Shown here piece by piece: positions 1 through 8,638 of a stretch of DNA of 25,286 nt (positions are counted from its first letter, which is position 1; each line of letters starts with the position of its first letter). Origin of the DNA: a bacterium (GTDB lineage: Bacteria; Muiribacteriota; UBA6191); the NCBI GenBank assembly GCA_036339875.1, contig JAYZAC010000033.1, positions 1 to 25,286 on the forward strand, in the 5' to 3' direction. The notes under the pieces were generated by a model that worked only from the letters and a program-made list of their open reading frames with translations, had not been told where the DNA came from and made no database searches. The position numbers and the translations under genes are program-made.

Positions 1-2063
1 GCCTATTACATCTAAATCTTGATCAAGTAGATCGCGCAAAACGTTATCTTGATGCTTTGAAGCGTTCATCAATAAAGGAGTTAATCAAAAATAGAGCACA
101 AGCATTATATGATGTACATGTAGCATGGTATTACCTAAAGACACGACAATGGAGCCGTGCAAAAAATCTTTTCATGTCGGCATCACAGATGGATGGTAAC
201 TTAACGCTAAAAGATTATATCTCTAGAATCTACCTCCACCGGACGAGATTTATGCAGAGAGGTCGGGATTTACGCTGGAAAGCTAATCTCCTCAAACAAT
301 CATTGGATCTGAATCCTGAACATACAACTACTCTAAGTACATATGTTTCTGTACTAGAAAAGCAAAAACGGCAATCCGAAGCAATCCCATACCTGCATAC
401 TTTAGTATCAATTGACCCCAAACCCTCTTTAAGATTGAAACTTGCAAATTGGCTTGCTAAGAAAGACGAGGCTTCTGAAGCCTTTCTGCTTTACAAAGCA
501 CTTCATTTAGAATTTCCCGAAAATAAAGAATACATGAACCAATTCATTAAACTTGGCAAAGCTTTACAGCTCAATTCTGATGAGGAAGTTCAAATACCTA
601 TTTCAGTATCGAGTTCAAATCCAAATCAACTTGATGAGGTCAGTAAACTCATGGCTGAAAACAAATTAGATGAAGCGAAGAGTATTCTGGAGCAAAGAAT
701 TATTAAAAAACCGAGTGAATGGGATTCTGTCGAGAAAATGGTTCGCGTAATGCTGGGTCAGAAAAATGCAGAGGGCGCACACGAGCTTCTAAAATCTAAA
801 ACTCAATTTAAAAGTCTGCCACGCTATCAGATGGCTTTAGCAAACGTTCTGGAGAGAAGTGACCCTGTAGAGTGCGAGATGTTTATTCTAAGTCTTAATT
901 TGGATGAGAACTTTTCTCCTATTCAAATAATAAAACTAAGAGAAACTTTGGGTAAGGCATACCTAAAACAAAGTAGATTACAGAAGGCTCAAGAAGTATT
1001 TGAAGATTTACTTGATCCTAAGTGGATAAAATTAAATAGAAAAGATGTAGCTCATTTTTACCTAGGTGTTTTTTACGGACAGCTCAAATATTTCCAAAAA
1101 AGCCTTTATCATTACAGAACGGCGGACAACCTAAAGCCTGATAACCCCAAATACCTCTTAGCCGTAGCGACCTCTATGAGACAACTCGGACTTCAAGAAG
1201 AGTCTTCGAAGCTTGTTAATAGACTTTTACGAGATTTCCCGAAATCCAAGTATTCGGGTTATGCGCGTAAATTATTCCAGCTCCCAAAACCTAAGAATGA
1301 GCAAATCCCTCTAAATATTGATCTTACTCTTCCTCCCTATATCGCTACTTTCACTTGGCTCAGAGAACAAGACCCCATTAGTTTTGCACCTGCCGAGTTC
1401 GAACTACTGCTTGGTAAATTAGAGGTTACAAGACAGTGGGACCGACTGATTGAGACACTTGAGCGCTCCCTTGACGAGCGATACAACTCTGGTCATCAAG
1501 TACGTCTCGATAAAATTTATGAAAACTACTCAAAATTGAATTATAAATATGTGCTAAATAATGCTGAATATAGTGATGCGCTATCCGAATGGTTTAAGTC
1601 GGGAGACTCCAAAACGATTCTGGCATTCTTAAGTCATCTACACCCGGCTGTTGAAATAGCTCCCGCCCTACAGCTGCTATTTGCAAAATATTTCGAAAAT
1701 CAAAAAAATTACAATCGAGCCTTACCAATTTATCGTCAACTCAATCTTCAAAATCTAGAACCACCATTGAGCCAATCAGAAGTACTTGCATCAATGGGTT
1801 ACTGCAACTATATGTTAAGAAATTTAGACGAAGCACTAGAGAATTATTATCAGGCATTGAATCTTGATCCTGACAATGTAAATCTACTCTTTCAATTAGC
1901 AGAGCTACTTCAGGCAAATGGTGATCTACAAAAAGCCCGACTGGTATATCAGGAAATTCAAGCTCTTAACCAAAGTGATCAAAGTGTACGTGACGCGTCA
2001 TTTTATCTTCGCCAATTACAGAAAAAACCTACAAAAAAATCACAAATCAAACAGAAGGGCTAG
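1..2063 (+). CDS. Tetratricopeptide-repeat (TPR) protein, 5'-truncated by the window edge
   Basis: The frame is open from base 3 (LLHLNLDQVDRAKRYLDALKR...), so the ORF-track start at 57 is probably not the real start. TPR-like helical repeats, e.g. 'LASMGYCNYMLRNLDEALENYYQALNLDPDNVNLLFQLAELL' and 'AHFYLGVFYGQLKYFQKSLYHYRTADNLKPDNP'. Confidence 0.8.
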   Translation, partial: LLHLNLDQVDRAKRYLDALKRSSIKELIKNRAQALYDVHVAWYYLKTRQWSRAKNLFMSASQMDGNLTLKDYISRIYLHRTRFMQRGRDLRWKANLLKQSLDLNPEHTTTLSTYVSVLEKQKRQSEAIPYLHTLVSIDPKPSLRLKLANWLAKKDEASEAFLLYKALHLEFPENKEYMNQFIKLGKALQLNSDEEVQIPISVSSSNPNQLDEVSKLMAENKLDEAKSILEQRIIKKPSEWDSVEKMVRVMLGQKNAEGAHELLKSKTQFKSLPRYQMALANVLERSDPVECEMFILSLNLDENFSPIQIIKLRETLGKAYLKQSRLQKAQEVFEDLLDPKWIKLNRKDVAHFYLGVFYGQLKYFQKSLYHYRTADNLKPDNPKYLLAVATSMRQLGLQEESSKLVNRLLRDFPKSKYSGYARKLFQLPKPKNEQIPLNIDLTLPPYIATFTWLREQDPISFAPAEFELLLGKLEVTRQWDRLIETLERSLDERYNSGHQVRLDKIYENYSKLNYKYVLNNAEYSDALSEWFKSGDSKTILAFLSHLHPAVEIAPALQLLFAKYFENQKNYNRALPIYRQLNLQNLEPPLSQSEVLASMGYCNYMLRNLDEALENYYQALNLDPDNVNLLFQLAELLQANGDLQKARLVYQEIQALNQSDQSVRDASFYLRQLQKKPTKKSQIKQKG

Positions 2064-2066
2064 AAT

Positions 2067-2636
2067 TTGGATTGGTTATTTATCGGCTTAGGTAATCCTG
2101 GAGATCAATATTATTACACTAGGCATAATTATGGTTTTTTAGCCTTAGATTATTTGAGAGATTATTTCAATGCCCCGAATTATGAGTACAACAAATATCA
2201 TCAAGCTGATTTTAGTACTTTCAAGCGAGATACCCTAGATGTTGGACTCCTAAAGCCTCAAACTTATATGAATAAATCCGGAGAAGCATTGATTAAATTT
2301 AAGCACCGCGTTGCCCCTGAGCAAGTTGTTGTAATTTATGACGATGTTGATCTTCCTTTTGGCAACCTACGTGTTCGCAGTAAAGGTTCTGCCGGAACGC
2401 ACAATGGAGTAAAATCGATAATTCAGTCTCTGGGAACTCTTAATTTCCCTCGAATTAGATGTGGAATTAAACCCGATCATCCTGTAAATAATATGTCACA
2501 ATTCGTTTTAGCTTCATTCAACAACAAAGAAAGACAGGATCTTGAAGAACTTTTTGTAGACATAGGACAGGCTGCCGAATTAATCTTGCAAGGGAAACTT
2601 CAAGAAGCCGCACAAAAATTCAATAAAAAATGTTAA
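2067..2636 (+). CDS. pth: Peptidyl-tRNA hydrolase
   Basis: Motifs GLGNPG..Y..TRHNYGF, KPQTYMN.SG, YDDVD, GSAGTHNGVKS, RIRCGI; 189 aa; TTG start. Confidence 0.97.
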   Translation: MDWLFIGLGNPGDQYYYTRHNYGFLALDYLRDYFNAPNYEYNKYHQADFSTFKRDTLDVGLLKPQTYMNKSGEALIKFKHRVAPEQVVVIYDDVDLPFGNLRVRSKGSAGTHNGVKSIIQSLGTLNFPRIRCGIKPDHPVNNMSQFVLASFNNKERQDLEELFVDIGQAAELILQGKLQEAAQKFNKKC

Positions 2637-2698
2637 TTACAAAAAACTTCATACATAAGGGTGAAATTTGGAAGCTTTTCTGTTTGAATATAGCTGCC

Positions 2699-2727
2699 TT
2701 GTGGCTCCCTGCGCTAGGTGGTATACT
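2699..2727 (+). promoter_or_regulatory. Putative sigma-70-type promoter of fliA
   Basis: TTGTGG (2699-2704), 17 nt spacer, TATACT (2722-2727), with an extended -10 TG at 2719-2720. Confidence 0.55.
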
Positions 2728-2761
2728 GCCCAACGGCTACAAGTCACTGGATTGAGCACAA

Positions 2762-3664
2762 ATGGATAAAGAATCAATATTCGACGAAGCAGTTGAAGAA
2801 GAAGAAATTGAGTCAAGCAGAAGCCTGACTTCTAAAAAGGTTGATGTCGAGATCACTGAAGACCCCTTTAAAGATAAGGATTCTTCAGAGATAGATAATG
2901 AAGATATCACTTTATGGAAGAAGTATAAGGCAAGTGGAGATTCCAAAATGAGGGACGCCCTCATATTGAAATACGCTCCATTTGTTAAGTACGTAGCAGG
3001 TAGAATGGCCGTCAATCTTCCAAACAATGTAGAATACGAAGACTTAGTAAGTTACGGAGTCTTCGGGCTAATGGACGCCATAGAAAAATATGATCCAGAG
3101 CGAGCCGTACAGTTCAAAACCTATGCCAAAACCAGAATTCGAGGAGCTATTCTGGATGAATTACGTGTTTTGGATTGGACACCTAGATCTGTTCGTCAGA
3201 AAGCGAAAAAGCTCGAAAAAGCGTATGCCCAACTGGAATCTCAACTTGGACGTGAAGCAAAAGATGAAGAAGTTGCTGAGTACTTGGAGATAACGGTGCA
3301 AGAGTTGCAAAAGCTCTTGGAAGAAACTAGACAATCGTTGGTACTTTCCCTTGATGAAAATGATCCTAATAGTGATCAGCCAGGTCAAAGTCGTCTAAAC
3401 TTCTTTGAGGACTTAAATACTTTAACTCCTGAACAGAAGGCTACCGGCAAAGAAGTCAAAAAAATGCTGGCGGAATCGATCAATAAATTGAACGACCGCG
3501 AACGTCTGGTTATTACGCTATACTATTTCGAAGAGTTGACATCAAAAGAAATAGGCAGCATTCTTGGTGTGTCAGACTCACGAGTAAGTCAATTGCATAC
3601 CAAGGCGATACTGAGACTTCGTGGCCGACTAAGTAAGATCAAACGCACCCTTCTCGAAGAATAA
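2762..3664 (+). CDS. fliA: RNA polymerase sigma-28 factor, FliA/WhiG family
   Basis: Region 2 'EDLVSYGVFGLMDAIEKYDPERAVQFKTYAKTRIRGAILDELRVLDWTPRSVR'; region 4 'ERLVITLYYFEELTSKEIGSILGVSDSRVSQLH'. Confidence 0.95.
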   Translation: MDKESIFDEAVEEEEIESSRSLTSKKVDVEITEDPFKDKDSSEIDNEDITLWKKYKASGDSKMRDALILKYAPFVKYVAGRMAVNLPNNVEYEDLVSYGVFGLMDAIEKYDPERAVQFKTYAKTRIRGAILDELRVLDWTPRSVRQKAKKLEKAYAQLESQLGREAKDEEVAEYLEITVQELQKLLEETRQSLVLSLDENDPNSDQPGQSRLNFFEDLNTLTPEQKATGKEVKKMLAESINKLNDRERLVITLYYFEELTSKEIGSILGVSDSRVSQLHTKAILRLRGRLSKIKRTLLEE

Positions 3665-3720
3665 TCACTACTGCAAAGCAATACCAAAAAACCTCTCAAG
3701 TATGCCTATAGTGTCGGTGT

Positions 3721-3775
3721 GCCGATAGTATAAGAAACTACTCAGCTTGTCTAATTGTGTAATCTCACGCATAAT
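3721..3775 (+). promoter_or_regulatory. Candidate tandem promoters: sigma-28 -10 box and a sigma-70-type promoter
   Basis: GCCGATAG at 3721-3728 (its -35 match is poor); TTGTCT (3747-3752), 17 nt spacer, CATAAT (3770-3775). Confidence 0.45.
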
Positions 3776-3815
3776 TATTGATAGATGACTGAGTACTGTG
3801 ATAAAGGAGAAGGCC

Positions 3816-4133
3816 ATGACTATAAGGCCTATAGACATACAGACATCAATTGTAGGCTCCCAATCTGTTTCCGAAGCTCGATCGCAACAACAAGGTCTTG
3901 AACAATTACACCAAATGAATCCTAACGGTGAAATTGAAGAAATTGAACGCAAAGCAAAAGAAGAAGTCAAAGAAAGTGAAGCTGAAGAAGGAATAAACCC
4001 CGATCAAGAGAAAGAACAGCAAGAACAGGAAGGCGAAGAAGTAGAATCTAATGATGAAACCGATGAAACATCCCAAGATAAGAAAGTAATTTCAGATGGC
4101 ATCCGCGGTCGCAAACTTGATTTTAGGGCCTAA
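3816..4133 (+). CDS. Acidic hypothetical protein, possibly motility-associated
   Basis: SD AAGGAG before ATG 3816 favours this start over GTG 3798. N-terminal 'IRPIDIQ', E/Q-rich middle, C-terminal 'GRKLDFRA'. Lies directly after fliA. Confidence 0.7.
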   Translation: MTIRPIDIQTSIVGSQSVSEARSQQQGLEQLHQMNPNGEIEEIERKAKEEVKESEAEEGINPDQEKEQQEQEGEEVESNDETDETSQDKKVISDGIRGRKLDFRA

Positions 4134-4602
4134 CCAATCAGTTGAATTACATTTTGGTTATCTGCAGTTTTTGTTTCTGGCCAGAGAGACATTAATTGCG
4201 GGATTACTTGTCGTTGATGAAAATGGCTTTCCGTTAGACTTTCGCTTTTGTAAAGCCGTCAAACCAAATCCCCTTCAGCGCACTCTATATGGTGATAGCC
4301 TTGAACCTTACCTTATTGAAAGTGTTACAAAGGAACTTTTCTCTGAATTAAATGCAACACCAGTTGCTTGCTTCAGTAACTACCGATTCCCATTCTCGAG
4401 CGAAAACTTGCCATATCCGATAAGTCTCATGAAAATGGTAGAGGAAGACCTATTTGTTGAACCACTAAATGAGATCCCCTGTAATATGGAGATTAAAGAA
4501 ATTGAGGAATCAATCCAATTTCAAATATACGAACCATTTAAAAGAATTCAACAAGCATTGGATATGATTCGCCAAGATGAAAGAGATGAAGTCACCGAAT
4601 AG
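4096..4602 (+). CDS. Conserved-looking hypothetical protein (start uncertain)
   Basis: 168 aa ORF with globular composition and motif-like segments 'GLLVVDENGFPLDF', 'VKPNPLQRTLYG..L..YL', 'EPFKRI'. Overlaps the upstream gene by 38 nt. Confidence 0.7.
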   Translation: MASAVANLILGPNQSVELHFGYLQFLFLARETLIAGLLVVDENGFPLDFRFCKAVKPNPLQRTLYGDSLEPYLIESVTKELFSELNATPVACFSNYRFPFSSENLPYPISLMKMVEEDLFVEPLNEIPCNMEIKEIEESIQFQIYEPFKRIQQALDMIRQDERDEVTE

Positions 4603-4643
4603 ATTTTCTTTGAATAAACATTAGGGAACTAGGGAGTATTTTT

Positions 4644-5210
4644 ATGTCACCTTCTAATGCCGAAGATGAGGATTATAAAATACAGCTAATGTCTCTCCGA
4701 ACAGAATTTCTAAAACCTGAATATAATCGGATTACACCTTCTCTAGAGCTAGACCTCGATTTTCATCAAAACGATGCTCGCTTACCTTTAATGCCCAAAT
4801 TGGTACTAAAAAATCCACAAATTATACAGAATCCTAAGCAAAGCTTTGTCGTTAAACTTCGTCACAAAGCCAAAAGACGTATGAGTTCAAGACCAACTGT
4901 CGAGAAAATTAATTTTGCAGATGACTCATTAGAGATATTTTTTCGAATCCCCTGGTCTAAAATTCCTGAAGATACCCAAATCTTTTATGAAGCAATTAAA
5001 GCGAATAACCCCGAATTAAATGATGAGGATATTTTGTTTCTACAATATTACCCATATATACCGCTTCATCGAATTAAAAAAACACAGTTTTTAGACAAAC
5101 AACTACACGCAAGTTTTCACTTTGAACCCACAACCACCGAAGAAGTTCAGAGGCTTTACTATGTGGATCGAATTCAAAGAAAACCTGTATATATTGATCT
5201 TCCTTTATAA
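4644..5210 (+). CDS. Hypothetical protein
   Basis: 188 aa ORF preceded by SD AGGGAG; fills the gap on the coding strand; no recognisable motif. Confidence 0.6.
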   Translation: MSPSNAEDEDYKIQLMSLRTEFLKPEYNRITPSLELDLDFHQNDARLPLMPKLVLKNPQIIQNPKQSFVVKLRHKAKRRMSSRPTVEKINFADDSLEIFFRIPWSKIPEDTQIFYEAIKANNPELNDEDILFLQYYPYIPLHRIKKTQFLDKQLHASFHFEPTTTEEVQRLYYVDRIQRKPVYIDLPL

Positions 5211-5249
5211 GTAAGACAAAAGCTTTGTAATTTATTTACATTATGACTC

Positions 5250-5277
5250 TAAATTGATGTTTTTTTTTGACCGATTA
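5250..5277 (+). promoter_or_regulatory. Putative sigma-28 promoter
   Basis: TAAA (5250-5253), 16 nt spacer, ACCGATTA (5270-5277); compare the consensus TAAA-N15/16-GCCGATAW. Confidence 0.5.
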
Positions 5278-5286
5278 GCATCATAT

Positions 5287-6906
5287 ATGTCTTTGAAACC
5301 ATTGTACTTCTTTGCATTTCTTTGTCTTTCGGTATTTGTCCTATTTGGGAATTGGGGTGAAGAACACCGAAAAGTAAGCCTCCTGCTCAAATCTCCGGGC
5401 AAGAGTTTGAACCATCTTGTAGAATTTAATCAGGAGGAAATTGACAAAAATACTCTTGAAGTAAGCTTTTTCTTTCAAAGTGCCACTGGTACTGAGAGTC
5501 AGTATTTCAATAAAGATAAGCGGCTTGAAATAACTTTTTATAATGTTTCAAGATCGAGATTCAAAAAATTATTACGTTATCATCCAAAGTTTTTTCGAAA
5601 TATTACTCTTGCGCATGTCGGGAATCACTCCTATCGTGTCACGTTTAATCTCAAACCAAATATTATTCCCCTTCCTTTCAAGTCCAATAATCGTAAACGC
5701 GCAGTGAAATTCTCATTTAGCTCAAAGTTTGAAGAGAAACTAGGTCGTAACATATCAAAAAAACCAAGATTAAAATCTAGTACTCAAATGGGGCATTTAT
5801 CTAAAACCTATCTTTCAGATAACGCAAAAACGAAGCTGATTCCTCACTACAGAAAACAGACGAAACTGAGTACTTATAATTTTCAGCGAGAAAAGGTTGA
5901 ACCTGGTCTAGAAAAGTTCGAACTTCGTACCAAGTATCCTCGCAATCGAGTATATGGACTAAAGTTACACCGTAGTGTGCTCAAAGATCGCATACAAATT
6001 GGCTTTGGAGAGGACAAACTTTTAGGAACTCAGACGACGAGTGAAATTTCGAAAAGCAATGAAGCGATCGCCGCAATCAATGGATCTTTCTTCAAATCAA
6101 ATGGTAATCCCATTGGGCTAATTATAAAAGATTATAAACTTTTAAGTGTTCCAGTATTTGCTAGATCATGTTTTGGTATATCTAGAGAAGGAAAAGCCTT
6201 AATAAGCCGGCCACATTTCCAAGGCGAAGTTGTAACCGAAAAAGGTATTATTAAAATGGAAGGTTTAAATCAATCCACACCTTCAGACGCCAATATCCTA
6301 TTTACGCATGAATTTGGCTTAAAGCCTGCTTCGATCAAAAACAGTTACTATTTGGTATTTCAAGATAATAGTCTTCTCAAAGTAAGTAAATCCGCTCCTC
6401 TGATCCCAAGAAATGGAACAGTCTTAAGGGTTGACCGTGATCGTTACCCTTGGGTATCAAAATTGTCTGCATTATCTAGAGTGATTTTATCCTACGGATT
6501 ATCGGCTCCTTGGAATTCCATGAAGCTTGCGATTGGCGGTGGTCCACAACTTTTAGATAAAGGTTCATTAGCACTGGATTATAAAGAACAATTCAGTAAA
6601 GCTATTCTTGAACAACGAGCCCCGCGAACAGCTATAGGAATTGACGATGCAGGAAATCTGATTCTTGTAGTAGTAGACGGTAGGCAAACTCTCTCAAAGG
6701 GTCTTACGATGCTAGAACTTGCGGACTTGATGCACTCCATAGGTGCTCGACAGGCTATGAATCTAGACGGAGGCGGAAGTAGTACTTTATTCTTGGATGG
6801 CAAGGTTGTCAATAAGCCTTCTGATGGACATGAACGTAAAGTTAGTAATGCTATTCTATTCATGCCATCATTTAATGAAACCAGTCAACGCTTTGCCCTA
6901 AATTAG
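5287..6906 (+). CDS. Exported phosphodiester glycosidase (NAGPA/DUF2233) family protein
   Basis: Motifs AAINGSFF, AIGGGPQLL, RAPRTAIG, VVVDGRQ..S.G.T..ELA, AMNLDGGGSS, ERKVSNA. Hydrophobic N-terminus from ATG 5287 (the ORF track starts at TTG 5254). Confidence 0.88.
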   Translation: MSLKPLYFFAFLCLSVFVLFGNWGEEHRKVSLLLKSPGKSLNHLVEFNQEEIDKNTLEVSFFFQSATGTESQYFNKDKRLEITFYNVSRSRFKKLLRYHPKFFRNITLAHVGNHSYRVTFNLKPNIIPLPFKSNNRKRAVKFSFSSKFEEKLGRNISKKPRLKSSTQMGHLSKTYLSDNAKTKLIPHYRKQTKLSTYNFQREKVEPGLEKFELRTKYPRNRVYGLKLHRSVLKDRIQIGFGEDKLLGTQTTSEISKSNEAIAAINGSFFKSNGNPIGLIIKDYKLLSVPVFARSCFGISREGKALISRPHFQGEVVTEKGIIKMEGLNQSTPSDANILFTHEFGLKPASIKNSYYLVFQDNSLLKVSKSAPLIPRNGTVLRVDRDRYPWVSKLSALSRVILSYGLSAPWNSMKLAIGGGPQLLDKGSLALDYKEQFSKAILEQRAPRTAIGIDDAGNLILVVVDGRQTLSKGLTMLELADLMHSIGARQAMNLDGGGSSTLFLDGKVVNKPSDGHERKVSNAILFMPSFNETSQRFALN

Positions 6907-7043
6907 TTTTAACTACACAAACCTAGTTCAAGAGCTTGTTTTGTGAACCTCTTAATAAATTCCTCAAAACTATTATCTCAATAGATTAATTCCTTTCCAC
7001 ATCTGACGAAATCCTTCCGAGGGGAGACTCTACCCTAGAAGGT

Positions 7044-7853
7044 ATGAATCAAGCACTTATTAACATATTTAGACTACCTGGATCTTGGATTCTTGGTTTC
7101 ATAATGCATCTCGGAAGAGTTACGTTACTCAGTATGCAGAGTATCTATTGGATGTTCCGTGGAAAAATTTTCCGTAATCACTTCTGGCAGACTTTGAATC
7201 TTGTGGGAGTCCAATCATTACCATTAATTAGTTTCACAGCATTGTTTTCTGGAATGGTCCTTGTGGTTCAAGTCGGTAATCAGTTCATGGACCTTGGTGC
7301 CGAATCATACATCGGAGGAGTTGTGGGCCTAAGCTTAACAAGGGAACTTAGCCCACTAATGGTAAGTATTATTTTGGCCGCCAGGATAGGTTCTTCAATG
7401 GCTGCCGAACTTGGTACTATGAAAGTAACCGAACAAGTAGATGCGTTAGAGGTAATGGCGACTAATCCAGTACAATACCTCGTTGTTCCGCGGGTACTAG
7501 CATGCTGCTTTTTTACACCTGTACTAGTAATATATTCAAACGTAGTCGGAATATGTGGAGGCTGGGCAGTTGCTATTGGTCAAATAGGTGTTAACCACAG
7601 TTTATTTGTTGAAAGTTTAATCCAAATGGTAAGCAATTATGACTTTTTTTCAGGCTTATTAAAAAGTATAGCTTTCGGATTTATTGTTGCGATAATAGGT
7701 TGTTATAAAGGACTCTCTACAGCAGGTGGCGCAAAGGGCGTGGGTACTTCAACCACCCAATCTGTAGTCATAATAATAACGAGCATACTAGTTTTTAATT
7801 ACTTCTTTTCATTGGCCTTCTTTACTTACTTAAGATTGATAGGACGCATGTAA
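7044..7853 (+). CDS. mlaE: MlaE family ABC permease
   Basis: 'RELSPL...ILAARIGSSMAAELGTMKVTEQVDALEVMATNPVQYLVVPR' and 'GGAKGVGTSTTQSVV'. Confidence 0.95.
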   Translation: MNQALINIFRLPGSWILGFIMHLGRVTLLSMQSIYWMFRGKIFRNHFWQTLNLVGVQSLPLISFTALFSGMVLVVQVGNQFMDLGAESYIGGVVGLSLTRELSPLMVSIILAARIGSSMAAELGTMKVTEQVDALEVMATNPVQYLVVPRVLACCFFTPVLVIYSNVVGICGGWAVAIGQIGVNHSLFVESLIQMVSNYDFFSGLLKSIAFGFIVAIIGCYKGLSTAGGAKGVGTSTTQSVVIIITSILVFNYFFSLAFFTYLRLIGRM

Positions 7854-8638
7854 TGAACAAGCCGATTATCACGCTAAGTAATGTCTACAAAAGCTTTGAA
7901 GATAAACATGTTCTTCAAGGTCTTGATTTAACAATTTATGCTGGTGAAACGTTCGTTATCTTAGGACCGTCAGGTTGCGGAAAGAGCGTTAGTCTAAAGA
8001 TTATTACAGGTTTACTAAAGCCAGATGCTGGTAATATTTTCGTAAAAGATAAGTGTATTAACTCTATGAACGAACGCGAACTCAATAACATCCGAATGGA
8101 TTTTGGCATGTTGTTTCAGAATGCCGCCCTATTTGATAGTTTGACAGTAGGTGAAAATGTCTCATTTGGACTTAAAGAGCATGGTAATTATTCTAAAAAT
8201 GAAATTGCAGAAATCGTTGAGGAAAAGCTTAGCATGGTGGGTCTACCGGGTATATCAGCAAAGATGCCCTCTGAACTTTCCGGTGGTATGCGAAAAAGAG
8301 TAGGTCTAGCTAGAGCCATCGCATTAAAACCAAAAATAATTTTTTACGACGAACCAACTACCGGACTCGATCCCATAATGTCGACTGAAATTGATATGTT
8401 AGTCCTGAAGCTACAGCAAGAACTAAAAGTTACCTCTGTTGTCATAACCCATGACATGAAGTCAGCATTCCGCATTGCAGATCGAGTAGGTTTACATTAT
8501 GAAGGAAAACTTTGGGAGGTCTCAACTCCTCAAGAGTTTCAACAGTCAGAAAACCCCTTTGTACAAAAGTTCATCAGAGGAGAGCCACAAGAATTGGATG
8601 ACCTATCTAAGGAAACCAATAAAGGAGCTAAAAAATGA
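7853..8638 (+). CDS. mlaF: MlaF/Mkl family ABC ATPase
   Basis: Walker A GPSGCGKS, 'GMLFQNAALFDSLTV.ENV', signature LSGGMRKRVGLARA, YDEPTTGLDP, THD; lies between mlaE and the MCE gene. Confidence 0.95.
   Translation: MNKPIITLSNVYKSFEDKHVLQGLDLTIYAGETFVILGPSGCGKSVSLKIITGLLKPDAGNIFVKDKCINSMNERELNNIRMDFGMLFQNAALFDSLTVGENVSFGLKEHGNYSKNEIAEIVEEKLSMVGLPGISAKMPSELSGGMRKRVGLARAIALKPKIIFYDEPTTGLDPIMSTEIDMLVLKLQQELKVTSVVITHDMKSAFRIADRVGLHYEGKLWEVSTPQEFQQSENPFVQKFIRGEPQELDDLSKETNKGAKK

Noticed and set aside
3668..3970. 100 aa antisense ORF, representative of the short 60-100 aa alternative-frame ORFs in the track
   Set aside because: They overlap well-supported genes and show no recognisable motifs; treated as shadow ORFs.
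7003..7046. Hammerhead-ribozyme-like core (CTGACGA, stem, GAGAC)
   Set aside because: The required GAAA is GAGA, and stem I does not pair in register around a cleavage triplet.
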